This document shows positions 9,648 through 21,446 of a stretch of DNA of 64,000 nucleotides, piece by piece. Position 1 is the stretch's first letter, and each line of letters opens with the position of its first letter. Location of the stretch: NCBI RefSeq assembly GCF_000372725.1, contig NW_005201277.1:134347-198346 (forward strand). The letters are read 5' to 3'. The position numbers were made by a program, and so were the translations under genes. This DNA is from Emiliania huxleyi CCMP1516. Its lineage: Eukaryota. The notes under the pieces were generated by a model. It searched no databases. It had not been told where the DNA came from and saw only the letters and a list, made by a program, of their open reading frames with translations.

Positions 9648-12600
9648 CTGCGTGGCTCCTCCATCGCCGCGGGCGAGGCCGGAGGCATCACGCAGGCAAC
9701 CTCTCGGCCGTCGCCGATTTCTCGCGTAGGACGCACTGCTGTTTGTTTGAGAATGCCTCTGTTGAGCTCACGCGCAGGCCATCTCTGCCTTTTCGGTCGG
9801 CGCGTCGGGAGGGAGGGAGCTCGGCGCCACCTTCATCGACACGCCGGGCCACGAGCTGTTTGCTGCGATGCGCGAACGCGGTGCGCACGTGCCCCGGGCC
9901 AGTGCTTGCACTTTGAATGCCGTGCCAGCTCCTGCCCGTGGCCGGGCGTGGGGATGCGAGGGACTAGCCTGGCCCTTGCCCCACCACCTTGTGTGTGTGG
10001 AGAAGTGTCCCGTACCCTTACCTTAGGCGCACACGCGACGGATCTGATAGTGCTCGTGGTGGCGCTTGACGCGGGCGTGCAGGCACGGCTCGCGCTGCGC
10101 CACTCCCAACATCTCCCCATATCTCCCCATATCTCCCCATCTCTCGCGCAGGCACGGCTCGCGCTGCGTCACTCCCTATATCTCCCCATATCTCCCCATC
10201 TCTCCCCATCTCTCCCCATATCTCCCCATATCTCCCCATCTCTCGCGCAGGCACGGCTCGCGCTGCGTCACTCCCCATATCTCCCCATATCTCCCCATAT
10301 CTCCCCATATCTCCCCATATCTCGCGCAGGCACGGCTCGCGCTGCGCCACTCCCAACATCTCCCCATATCTCCCCATCTCTCCCCATCTCTCCCCATCTC
10401 TCCCCATCTCTCCCCATCTCTCGCGCAGGACACGACGCGAGAGGCGATTCGGTATGCGAAGGAGGTGCAGTGCCCTCTGGTGGTCGCCGCCAACAAGGTG
10501 GATAGACCTGGCGGACCCGAGGCGGTGGCGAAGCTGTCGCAGCAGCTGCTGGAGGAGCAGGTCGTGCTGGAGGCGTACGGCGGCGAGGTGCCGGGAGATA
10601 TGGGGAGATATGGGGAGATGTTGGGAGAGATGGAGGCGTACGGCGGCGAGGTGCCGGGAGAGATGGGGAGAGATGGGGAGATGTTGGGAGAGATGGAGGC
10701 GTACGGCGGCGAGGTGCCGCTCATGCCACGAGGGGAGATCACCCGAGATGACCGGAGATTGCCCGAGGTTAGGGGAGATCGCCCGAGATGACCCGAGATT
10801 GCGTGAGGTTAGGTGCCGCTCGTGCCAGTCTCCGCGACTAAGCGGGTTGGGCTGGAAGAGCTTCTCGACAGCATAGCGCTGCAGGCCGATGATAGGAATA
10901 AGAATGAGAATAACAATGATGCAGGCGGAGATGCTCGAGCTGCATCTCCCCCATATCTCCCCCACATCTCCCCCATATCTCCCCCATCTCGCCACATCTC
11001 ACCTTGCAGGCGGAGATGCTCGAGCTGCATCTCCCCCATATCTCCCCCACATCTCCCCCATATCTCCCCCCCATCTCCCCCATATCTCCCCCACATCTCC
11101 CCCATATCTCCCCCATCTCCCCCATATCTCCCCCATCTCCCCCATATCTCCCCCATCTCCCCACATCTCACCTTGCAGGCGGAGATGCTCGAGCTGCATC
11201 TCCCCCATATCTCCCCACATCTCCCCCATATCTCCCCATATCTCCCCCCCATCCCCCCCATCTCCCCACATCTCACCTTGCAGGCGGAGATGCTCGAGCT
11301 GCGCGCGGCGCCCGACGGACCCGCGGAAGGGACGGTCCTCGCCGAGATATGGGGAGATATGGGGAGATATGGGGAGATATGGGGAGATATGGGGAGATAT
11401 GGGGAGATATGGGGACGGTCCTCGCCGAGATGCTATGCTCTCTTCATTCTCAGCCGATCACCTCCGGTGCCGCGTCTACGCTACCCCGCGCTTCCTCCCC
11501 GCCACGCGCTGATCAACTGCCGCACGGCCGTGCAGGCCATATCTCCCCATATCTCCCCATATCTCCCCACACGGCCGTGCAGGCTATCTCGTGAGCCTGC
11601 GGGCAGCACAGACAACACATGCGCCATAGGTCCTCGAGTCGGTGATGAGCAAGGGTCTCGGGATCCTCAGCACGGTGCCACCCGCCGCCGCGCGTCTCTC
11701 CCCTCTCCCTAGAAGCAACTCCGGCGCAGCAGATGCTGCCGGGTCGCAGTTGTTGGTTCGGGACGTATTCACAGCAGTATGGCGGGGCCCCCTGCCCCTG
11801 GAGTGTGTTTAGGTCGCAGATGCGGCGCCACACACACACACGGGCAGCAGAAGGCCCTGCGCCCCGTTGCCCATTGCTTTTCAGTGCTGCCGAGCCGGCC
11901 GAGTGTAGATCGTAGTCCCTCGCGCTCTGCCCATCCAGCCAGCCGCGCGTCATCCGCCTCTCTCGTGTATGCGCCCTCCATATTTTGTCCTGCCCTGCCC
12001 CTGCCCTGCCCTGCCGCACTACACTGCCCGCACACTGCCGCACAACTGGCCTGCCCGATCCCCTACCTGCCCCGGGTGTGAAACCCACACTGCCCACCCC
12101 TGCCCATCCCACACTGCCCAGCTGTGAATAACCGCCCGCTCGCGAGGTCTCGGAGAAACTTAGGGTATATCAAGGGAGCACCAGGGTGATGAGCGCGCCC
12201 CATATCTCCCCATATCTCCCCATATCTCCCCATATCTCGGATTACGGACACACTTCTCCCCCGCGCCTGTGCACGCGCCAGGTGCTGGTGCAGCGCGGCG
12301 CTCTCCGGCAGGGCGACCATGTTGTCGCCGGCCAGAGCTGGGGCAAGGTGCGGCCGCTGCTGGGCGAGGAGGGGGCATATCTCCCCACAGCTCCCCATCC
12401 ATTCCCCCCGCACCTGAGGTGCGGCTGCTGCTGGATGAGGAGGGGGCGCAGCTGTCGGAGGCGGGTCCGGCCGTGCCGGTGCGCGTGAGCGGCGTGCGAG
12501 AGATGCCGCGAGCTGGCGACGAGCTGCTGGTGGTGGGGCCGTCGGTGTCTCGTCTCTCCCCCCCTTGCAGCGGCGCCTCTTATATAGGCGACGAGCTGCT

Positions 12601-14274
12601 GCGTGGGGCCGTCGGTGTCTCGTCTCTCCCCCCCTTGCAGCGGCGCCTCTTATATAGGCGACGAGCTGCTGGTGGTGCCGTCCGAGGCGCGCGCCAAGGA
12701 GGTTGTCGAGTTCCGGCTGTTGCGTGCCGAGGCGCAGGCGGGCGCACCCCCTACCCCCACGGTACCCGAACCCATTCCCTACCCCCACGGTACCCGAACC
12801 CATCCTCTACCCCCACGGTACCCGACCCACCCCCCCCCCCCCCCCACCCCCACACACACACGCGCGCTGCCCTTCTCCCTGGGAAGCGTGCACACGACGC
12901 CTCCCTCCTGTGTGCCGACGCGCAGGCGCTCGCCGCCGCAGCGCCGCGGCGCGGGAGAAAGGGGGGAGGTGCAAAGCTGCTGCCGGCGCTGCTCAAGGCG
13001 GAGTCGTTTGGCTCGCTCGAGGCCGCGCGGGGGAGGGTGTCGCCCCACTCCCCTGTTCACAGCTACACGGGGCCGACAGCTGTGAACAGGCCGCGCGGGA
13101 GGGCCTGTCCCACTTCCCGAGCGCGCGTGTCGAGCTCAAGCTGGTGGCGGGGGAGGGTGGGGCCGGTCGGCACCCCTCCCCTACCTCCACAGTACCCAAA
13201 CCCACCCCCCTAGGTGCGGGAGGGGGTGGGGCCGGTCACAGAGTCGGACGTGCAGCTGGCGCAGAGCGTCGGCGCGCAGGCGGTCGCCTGAGGAGCCTCG
13301 CGGCAGCGTCGAGAGTAGCGCTGCAGACCAGAGATGGTCCCGCAGGTGATCGCCTTCAACGTGCCTCTGGAGAGCAAGGCCGCCGGCCTCGCCGCCACGC
13401 TGCAGGTGCCCGTCCACTCGCACAGCATCATCTACGCCCTCGTCGACGCTGCCAAGGAGATGCTGGAGGCCCCGGCCGTCGACCCGCGCGGCGGGGGCGG
13501 AGATTGGGCGGAGATTGGGCGGAGATTGAGCCGAGGTTGGGGCCGGGACTAGGCGGCGATCGAGCCCGTGGTGGAGGCGCGGGAGACGGGGGAGGCAGAC
13601 GTGCTCGAGGTCTTCACGCTCACACTCAACCGCAAGGACCGCGCCGTCGGCATGTCCAAGCACACCGCCGTCGCCGGCTCTCGCGTGACGGCCGGCCAGG
13701 CTTCGGCGGGCAGCGCGGTGCGGGTGGTGCGGGGCGGCGAGGTGACGCATGAGGGGGGGGCGTCCTCTCGGGTCGTCTCGGGTCGTCTCGGGTCGTCTCG
13801 GGTCGTCTCGGGTCGTCTCGGGTCGTCTCGGGTCATCTCGGGTCCTCTCGGGTCCTCTCGGGTCCTCTCGGGTCCTCTCGGGTACCTCGGGTCCTCTCGG
13901 GTCCTCTCGGGTCCTCTCGGGTACCTCGGGTCATCTCGGGTCCTCTCGGCACCAGGTGATCCACGAGGGGGACGTCATCTCGCTCAAGCACTTCAAGCAG
14001 GAGGTGCGGGACGGCCTTGCACCTTGAATGCCGTGCGGCTCCCGTCGTCTAGACGTGGAGTCGCGAGGGTCGCCCGGCCCTTGCCCCACCACCTTGTGTG
14101 TGTGGAGACGTTAACCTTGCGTGACCTTACCAGGTGCGGACGATGAAGAAGGGGTCCGAGTGTGGGCTCATCCTCCGCGACTACGCCGACCTGCAGAGCG
14201 GCGACACCATCCAGTTCTACGAGCTCATCTCGCGCCGGCCGTCGCTGTACGAGGAGCAAGGGTCGGCCAAGTGA
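9195..14274 (+). CDS. infB: Translation initiation factor IF-2, organellar (probably mitochondrial); many GC-AG/GT-AG introns
   Basis: [42 protein letters not shown] motifs; C-terminal SLKHFK..V..G.ECGL; Arg-rich N-terminal presequence; TGA at 14272-14274. Confidence 0.93.
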
Positions 14275-14521
14275 TACACGCCTTCAGTTTTGTTATCGAG
14301 AGCGGCGCATCCGCTATGGCCTATGCATCTAGTGTCGTCATCCATTCCAGCTGTGAGAGAACCTGATCGAGGTACGGCTGTGTCCAAAATAATGGTTAAT
14401 GCTGTTTTTTAGCACTTTTAAGTTTTATCTTGCGACGGCCAGTTTTGCGACGGTGTATCATTCACAATTTCACTTTACGTGGCTGGGTTCACAGCGATTG
14501 TAGGTAAGTGGAGGGACCAAT

Positions 14522-17500
14522 GTGTATCGCGCGCCTTGCAGAGGGATCGCACGAATGGAAGAAGCTTACAAAGACCAATCATCCCCGGCGATCACCCGAA
14601 GGATGGCCAAACTACACGAAAGATACGCGGAAGCCTTAGCGAAAAGAAAAGCCAACGCCGAGACCGAGAGACGCAAGGCCGAGCTCAAACAACGTCCCAC
14701 GAAGAGCTTCTTTCGAAAGCTCCAGCCGGGGCACGCGTCGAGAACCATCTCCTCCCTACACCGCACACCCGACTGGGACAAGCCAGATGAGAAAAACGGG
14801 GTCACGACGGACCCAGACGAGATATGCGACGAACTAGCGAGGTACTATCAATGGCTGTTCGGACCAAAACAAACCATAAAACAAAAACGAGACATCTTAC
14901 TGACAAAACTGGAGGAAGGACAGCGCTTCTCGGACGCTGACGCCACAGACATGGGCAAACCTTTCAACAAACACGAGGTCCGCGACGCGATCAATCTCAT
15001 GAAAGAGGGGAAATCACCAGGCCCCGACCGACTCTCACCAACTTTCTACAAGATGTTCCAGAGAATTCTCATACCCCACCTAGTCGACCTCTTCAACGAG
15101 GCCGCGAAGACCGGACACCTCCCCGAGTGCCTCACACAAGGAGACATCATATGCCTCTATAAAAAGGGCGATCCGAGAGAAATTAGAAACTACAGGCCAC
15201 TCACCATGCTCCAAGTGGGCTACAAGGTCTATGCCCGCATACTAGTCAACAGGCTCAAGACTAGGATCACCAAGGTGATCTCCCCAGCCCAGCTGGGATT
15301 CGTCCCGGGTAGAATAATTAACGAGGCCTCTCACCTCCTGAAACTCATCCAAGCATACACAGACGAGATGGACCAAGAAGGAATCATTTTAGCGCTCGAC
15401 TGGGAAAAAGCCTTCGACAGAGTCAGCTGGGAATACATGCACGAGGCGATGCACGCTCTAAACATGGGCGAAGAAGCCATCGCCAAGATGGGCCTACTAT
15501 CAAACACAAAATTCCCCCCCACAAGACGAGTCAAGGCGAATGGTAAAAAGAGTAACCCCTTTGACATCAGATCCGGAGTCCCACAAGGATGCCCATTCTC
15601 TCCCCTAGCATTCCTCCTCGTAGCCGAGGCACTGACAAGGATGCTCGAAGAGGGAGTCGATATAGACGGCCAACACGTACGACCAGAAGGTATCCAGATT
15701 ACCGACCCAGATGATAGATCTCTCCTAGTTGAGTTAGTAGCGTCTCTCTTCGCAGATGACACCCAGGCACTACTCAAAGACTACGCCCAAATTGACAAGC
15801 TGTGGATAATACTACAGATTTATGAGGAAGCCACAGGGATGAGAGCTAACCCCAACAAGTTCGAAGGGATACGACTGGGACCACTGAAGCACCAACCGCC
15901 GCCGACACTAAACGGGAGGAGCAGACTCATCAAATGGCTAGAGAGAGGGAGCTACACTAAAATACTAGGAATACCATACTACCTCGAAGAGACCCAAGAA
16001 GAGTCCAATAAATTCTGGGAAGAACTCTACACCAAAATCAAGGTTTCAATGGCGAGCCTAAGAGGACTCAAAGACATGAAGATCACAGGAAGAGCGCTAG
16101 TCGCCAATTTTAAAATCTTCTCTCGTCCCAGATACTGGGCGTTCACGATGGACCCACCCGAGTGGTTCAACGAACAGCTCATCACGGACGTAAACCACCT
16201 TATGTGGGACAAGCACCCCGCCCTGGACCCCGAAGAGGAAGGGTCATACGAGGACCTAGACAGAGCCCCGTGGATTAAGAACCCACATGCCCCGAGAAGA
16301 CTAGAGTGGAGCGCTGGCGGGGGCACCCCCCCCAAACACGAGCTCATAGGCCTAGGAGTCGCCCTTTGCGACTGGGAGCAACACGTCAAAGCCATACGAG
16401 CAAAAGCACTTCTCAGATACCTAGACGCAAGCAGAGGCCAGTATAAGACCCTCCTCGACTTGTGGCTCGCCAGAGCCGAGATAGGACGATCCTCAGTACT
16501 AACCTCATGCAAGGCCTACGACCTCACCAGATGCCTCGACCCGGGGGCGCAACGAAGGGATGCCCCCTCCAAGCTGCCGTCATTCTGGATCAAGGCCATA
16601 AATGATATAAGAGAGCTCCAACTAAAATATTTAGGATCAGACAACCCGCTCGAGGCGCGCTCCACACCAATCTTTAACAACCCTACCCTCCCCCTCCCCC
16701 CCTCAATAACGAAATTTCACAATCTCTTCAACACAGCCCAACTACTCACAGTCACGAACTACTTCACATCGGACGATACCGCATACCTCGCCACCTCCAT
16801 CGACCCATACATCAATTTCCGCTACCCCAGATCGACAGATGAACAGATAATCGTGCCGCTAACAGGAGGCAAATGGCACACCACGGACCGAGCGAAAGTG
16901 TACTACGCCTGGCACGAGCTAGGTATAATCCTCAACAAAGGGGGGTTCAACCCTGCGCACAGGAAGGCCAACCTCCTAAAAAGGGAAATCTGGCACGGCT
17001 ACGACCGCAGCCTGAAAATGCTACAAAGACCGCCAGTAGCAGCCAAGCTCCGAACTCTCTCCACGAAGGTCAAACTAGAGCTCAGAGTCAAATTATTGAA
17101 CCTACACGACGGCCCAGTAGTCACGAACAAAGGCAGACACCCTCGACAAACAACAACGGGCCCAGCCCCATCGCCAAAGGAAAAATTCGAACCAGCACGA
17201 GTCTACACCTACCTTGACGTAGAGGACACAGTAGCAAACAACCACAAGTACCTGGTACGAACCCTCAAAAAGAGAGCCGGACATTGGCACGAGGAATACT
17301 GGCTAGCCGAACAAGACGCCAAAGGAATAGTCCACCCAGGAACGAAAATAACTAAGGACGAATTCCTCAGACTGAACCCACTACCCGCCCTACAGTGGGG
17401 ACAAGGCTACAAAGAGAGCGAGGAGGTGGCCTGGCCACACCCTGCGACATACACATTCGACGGGATCGACAAACCACTCGATCAGATAAGCGTCGGCGAC

Positions 17501-18385
17501 ATCACAAAGTACCTGAGCAGGAAGAATATGACCCAACCCAAGATCTTCAAAAACTGGGAGAAGGACCTCCTACAAAGCCCAGGGTGGATAAGAGAGGCAG
17601 GAAGAGACTCATGGGCGCGAGTACCGCGACCCGACCGACCGCACGACAGCTCGTCAAGATTCCGCCACAAAGTTGAGACAAGCAACAAAGTAGTCCACCC
17701 CCAGGATTGGATTCACGCGGCAAGAGCAATACACAGCACGCTAGTTCCGCCCACAATCACCGACAACTATTGCCGACACATCCTCTACAGGAAGCTGGTC
17801 CTTCGGAAACAGCTCAAGGCGTACGGACTAGACACCACAACACACACGAGGTGCAGGCTTTGTAACAGAACCTCCGAAACGCTGCGACACCTCGACGTAT
17901 GCCCAGTCGTCCGGGCGGTCTTTGCACAAGGAGAGTCACTAGACATACAACCGCCGAGATTACTCACCATCATCGGAACCTCGGCAGACACGCCTGAGGT
18001 CCACAACGCACTTCACCTACACATGTGGAATCAAATAATAGTCTCCTTCTACGAGGAGGAAGACATCAAACCCGAACAAACCTGGAAGGCGGTCTTGAAC
18101 CTATTAGTGAGAAACATGCAAGCGTACTCGGGAGAGGCCAAAACTAGGCTCCGACGAATAAGACGCAAGAGCGACCGAGTCAGCGATTCGACCATGAAAG
18201 AAATCAGCGACAAAGTAGAACCCATGGGGACGATTGACTACTACGGCAGACTACGACTGAGCAGGCGAGTGAATGAAGAACTAAGGAGAGTGGGACTCGA
18301 CCACCTCACCACAGAAGAGGCGACGACTCACGCACGAGAGATCAAGTTTGTCAAGGCCTCACAAGCTAGCACATCGAACACCTAA
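14522..18385 (+). CDS. ORF2-like reverse transcriptase with C-terminal zinc knuckle (zf-RVT-like)
   Basis: KSPGPD, NYRPLT, QLGFVPGR, LDWEKAFDRV, GVPQGCPFSP, LFADD, KILG; CRLC...ETLRHL..CP near the C-terminus. Confidence 0.92.
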   Translation: MYRAPCRGIARMEEAYKDQSSPAITRRMAKLHERYAEALAKRKANAETERRKAELKQRPTKSFFRKLQPGHASRTISSLHRTPDWDKPDEKNGVTTDPDEICDELARYYQWLFGPKQTIKQKRDILLTKLEEGQRFSDADATDMGKPFNKHEVRDAINLMKEGKSPGPDRLSPTFYKMFQRILIPHLVDLFNEAAKTGHLPECLTQGDIICLYKKGDPREIRNYRPLTMLQVGYKVYARILVNRLKTRITKVISPAQLGFVPGRIINEASHLLKLIQAYTDEMDQEGIILALDWEKAFDRVSWEYMHEAMHALNMGEEAIAKMGLLSNTKFPPTRRVKANGKKSNPFDIRSGVPQGCPFSPLAFLLVAEALTRMLEEGVDIDGQHVRPEGIQITDPDDRSLLVELVASLFADDTQALLKDYAQIDKLWIILQIYEEATGMRANPNKFEGIRLGPLKHQPPPTLNGRSRLIKWLERGSYTKILGIPYYLEETQEESNKFWEELYTKIKVSMASLRGLKDMKITGRALVANFKIFSRPRYWAFTMDPPEWFNEQLITDVNHLMWDKHPALDPEEEGSYEDLDRAPWIKNPHAPRRLEWSAGGGTPPKHELIGLGVALCDWEQHVKAIRAKALLRYLDASRGQYKTLLDLWLARAEIGRSSVLTSCKAYDLTRCLDPGAQRRDAPSKLPSFWIKAINDIRELQLKYLGSDNPLEARSTPIFNNPTLPLPPSITKFHNLFNTAQLLTVTNYFTSDDTAYLATSIDPYINFRYPRSTDEQIIVPLTGGKWHTTDRAKVYYAWHELGIILNKGGFNPAHRKANLLKREIWHGYDRSLKMLQRPPVAAKLRTLSTKVKLELRVKLLNLHDGPVVTNKGRHPRQTTTGPAPSPKEKFEPARVYTYLDVEDTVANNHKYLVRTLKKRAGHWHEEYWLAEQDAKGIVHPGTKITKDEFLRLNPLPALQWGQGYKESEEVAWPHPATYTFDGIDKPLDQISVGDITKYLSRKNMTQPKIFKNWEKDLLQSPGWIREAGRDSWARVPRPDRPHDSSSRFRHKVETSNKVVHPQDWIHAARAIHSTLVPPTITDNYCRHILYRKLVLRKQLKAYGLDTTTHTRCRLCNRTSETLRHLDVCPVVRAVFAQGESLDIQPPRLLTIIGTSADTPEVHNALHLHMWNQIIVSFYEEEDIKPEQTWKAVLNLLVRNMQAYSGEAKTRLRRIRRKSDRVSDSTMKEISDKVEPMGTIDYYGRLRLSRRVNEELRRVGLDHLTTEEATTHAREIKFVKASQASTSNT

Positions 18386-18740
18386 AGACTTAAAGGCATC
18401 ACACTACAAGGAACGCGGCTGAGCTGACTCCCTGTAGGGGGCACCTCGGTGAACCAGGGACTAGGATCTCGCGCAGACGACACAGGGCGTGCTGCGCCTC
18501 GCGCGATCCCTGGCGCAGAGGAGGCTGAGCCGCCGAACTTAGGATGCCTGCAAAGGCTGGCGAAAGCCGAAAAGAGGAACCTCTTAGCGCCATCGCCACG
18601 GAGGGCCGCCCTTATCACCGGCCCGCCGCACACCAACCTTCCATGGTGCATTTCCGCATTCATCAGCCAGATCATGTCATGGGGAGAGCTTTATGCACTG
18701 ACGTTACTGGAGAAGGGAGGGGGGAGGTAAAATTCTAGGC
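14540..18740 (+). mobile_element. 5'-truncated non-LTR retrotransposon (L1/Tx1-like); ends approximate
   Basis: Abrupt shift to A-rich composition; uninterrupted RT ORF; no APE endonuclease; no TSD identified. Confidence 0.85.
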
Positions 18741-19246
18741 GAATGCGAAGAGTTAATATCTAGCCCGACTGCTCTCGCCGTCGGCCGATCTTTTCGTACT
18801 GCGAAGGGCGCGCGGCAGCCCGGATGATCAGCACCGATGGCGACATTGAGCAGCGGGGCGGGCGGAAGGGCATGTTGCAATTTTGCGACGCAGCAGGTTC
18901 CAACACCACAGCTCACACAGGAAGAGCACTGTATCACTCTTCACTCTGGATGCGACAAGACTAGCCCGAAAATTATCAAGCCCCCGGCTAGGACTACGTA
19001 AAAGCAACACACGCAATAATGGACAGTGCCGCGGGGAAATCGAGTGTAGAGAGAGTATGAACGGGAATCGGGTGACGGGTTTCGAGGACTTCATGCTCTC
19101 GAGGACCGCGCCAACGAAGTAGTGGACAACGGGGCGAGGGATGTGTGCGCCCTCTGCTGAGTTGACTTGTGTTCGCCGCCGCCCAGGCAACGGGAGTTCT
19201 CCTGCTTCTGACAAGGGACAGCGCCAGGCACGCAGCGCGATTTGAA

Positions 19247-20740
19247 ATGGTCTGCGCTCTCGAAATTCTTTTCTTCGCGAAGTCCACCCCGCCGCGCCGC
19301 TCGCGCCGCTCGCGCAGCATCGCCGCCGCCGCCTCCACCGCCGCCACCTATCCAGACACGCCGCCACCCGCCTGTCTCCTCGACCTCCCGACGGAGCTCC
19401 TCGTGCGCGCCCTCTCTCGCTGCAACAACCCCGCCGACATCGCTCGCGTCGCGGCCGTCTCGCTTCTCTTTCACGCCTCGCTTGTGGTGGAGGGCATCCG
19501 CTTGTGGGCGCGAGAGCGCGGCTTCGAGCTGCCGGCGCAGCCAGAGAACGAGGGCTGCGCCGTGCGGTGGCTGTGCTGTTCTGCGTTGCTGCGCGAGTCC
19601 AACCCGCCCGCGAGGGCGGCGGCAGGAATGCAGCACAGCGTTTTCATCGACGGGGAGGGGCGGCTCTCATCGTGCGGCTCAGCGCCGAATCAACGCCACC
19701 TCGGCCAAAGTCCAGGGCCACTTGGCCATGGTGAGGGCGTGACGCTGCTCAACACGCCGACCCTCCTCCCGTCGCCGCTGGGCGGCGAGCGCGCTGTGAG
19801 CGTGTCGGCCGCATCCGAGCACAACCTCGCCCTCGCCGCCGACGGCAGTGTCTGGAGCTGGGGCGTAGGAAGCGAGGGCAAGCTGGGCCACGGCGACGAG
19901 CAGCGCCAGCTGCTGCCCAAGAAGGTCGATACCTTGGCGGGGCAGCGCGTCGTCGCTGTGTCGGCGGGACTGCACCATTGCCTTGCCGTCACCGCCGACG
20001 GCGCCGTCTGGAGCTGGGGCTATGGAAACGACGGCCGTTTGGGCCACGGCGACGAGCAGCGCCAGCCGCTGCCGAAGAAGGTCGAGGCCTTGGTGGGTCA
20101 GCACGTCGTCGCCGTGTCGGGAGGAGTTTTCCACACCCTCGCCATCACTACCGACGGAGCCGTCTGGAGCTGGGGCGGTGGAAGCGATGGCCAGCTTGGC
20201 CACGGCAACCAGCAGCGCCAGCTGCTGCCGAGGAGGGTCGAGACCTTGGCTGGCCAACGCGTTGTCGCCGTGTCGGCTGGAGGCAACCACAGCCTCGTCA
20301 TCACCGCCAGCGGCGCTGTCTGGAGCTGGGGTTGGGGAGGCTATGGCCAGTTGGGCCACGGCGTCGTGCAGTACCAGCTGCTGCCACCAACGAAGGTCGA
20401 GGCCTTTGCTGGGCGGCGTGTCGTCGCCGTATCGGCTGGAGGCGATCACAGCCTCGCCCTCACTGCCGATGGCGCCGTCTGGAGCTGGGGCAATGGACGC
20501 TTTGGCCGGTTGGGCCACGGCGACGAGCGGCACGCTGAGCTGCTGCCGAGCAAGGTCGAGGCTTTGGCTGGGCAGCGCGTTGTCGCCGCGTCGGCTGGAC
20601 TGCACCACAGCCTCGCCCGCACCGCCGACGGCGCCGTCTTCACGTGGGGCAAGGGCGAAGACGGCCGCCTAGGCCACGGAGAGGACCTGTCGAACCAGCT
20701 GCAGCCCAAGAAGATCGAGGTGTGGGCGCCAGGGCAGTGA
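19247..20740 (+). CDS. F-box + RCC1-repeat (UVR8/HERC-like) protein, intronless
   Basis: LLDLPTELLVRAL F-box motif; about 7 repeats of VSAG..HSLA.T.DG.VWSWG....G.LGHG. Confidence 0.88.
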   Translation: MVCALEILFFAKSTPPRRSRRSRSIAAAASTAATYPDTPPPACLLDLPTELLVRALSRCNNPADIARVAAVSLLFHASLVVEGIRLWARERGFELPAQPENEGCAVRWLCCSALLRESNPPARAAAGMQHSVFIDGEGRLSSCGSAPNQRHLGQSPGPLGHGEGVTLLNTPTLLPSPLGGERAVSVSAASEHNLALAADGSVWSWGVGSEGKLGHGDEQRQLLPKKVDTLAGQRVVAVSAGLHHCLAVTADGAVWSWGYGNDGRLGHGDEQRQPLPKKVEALVGQHVVAVSGGVFHTLAITTDGAVWSWGGGSDGQLGHGNQQRQLLPRRVETLAGQRVVAVSAGGNHSLVITASGAVWSWGWGGYGQLGHGVVQYQLLPPTKVEAFAGRRVVAVSAGGDHSLALTADGAVWSWGNGRFGRLGHGDERHAELLPSKVEALAGQRVVAASAGLHHSLARTADGAVFTWGKGEDGRLGHGEDLSNQLQPKKIEVWAPGQ

Positions 20741-21446
20741 GGTATATCGGGGCTCAGGGTGTCCCACGGCAGTACCTCGGCGGCCGCCCCGAGGACAGCG
20801 AGAGAGCGAGAAGGGCGGTCGCCCACCCACTGAGGGTGGGCTGTCGCGAGAGAGATGATGCTATGCTTAGCGCTAAGCCGTCGATGGAAGGGCGCTGCCG
20901 GTGGACGGGCTATATCGGTGTGTCTCTAGGTATGTAAAGTCAGGTATGTAAAGTTCAGTTTTTAAATAAATAAATAAATAAATAAATAAAACGGACATCC
21001 CAAGCTAGGGCTGGGTCGAGGACAGACACGTCCCCACCTTTGCAGGATTTTGCAAAAGCGAGGGGGGAGGGCGCATCGCGGCGCGGAGAGGGCTGGGCAC
21101 GGGCACTGCCACAGGGGATCTCTCTCGCATAGGATACGCACTCGGCGGCACGAGGGCAAGGCTGGGCGTCCTATTTGTGCTCCCCTCCGTATCCCTCGCT
21201 CTCGGGCACTATTCATCTGACCACTCATCAGAGGGGCTTCTAGGCGATCGGCCGCGCTCCGGGGCAGGGCTGGGTAGGATGGGCTCGGGCCACTCGCCTG
21301 TGCGGGTGTATCCCCGCATGAGCCGGATGGAGGCCTCGACTGTCCCTCGCGGCAGGCTCTCGAGCAGCTTTTTAAATTCTTTTTCAGGCTTGCGCGCGAA
21401 GAATTCTTTTTCAGGCTTGCCAGTGGCGCTCTGTGGCGCTCTGAAC

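Noticed and set aside
10018..11594. ORFs with [10 protein letters not shown] / PHISPYL repeats
   Set aside because: Translations of intronic (ATCTCCCCAT)n microsatellites inside IF-2
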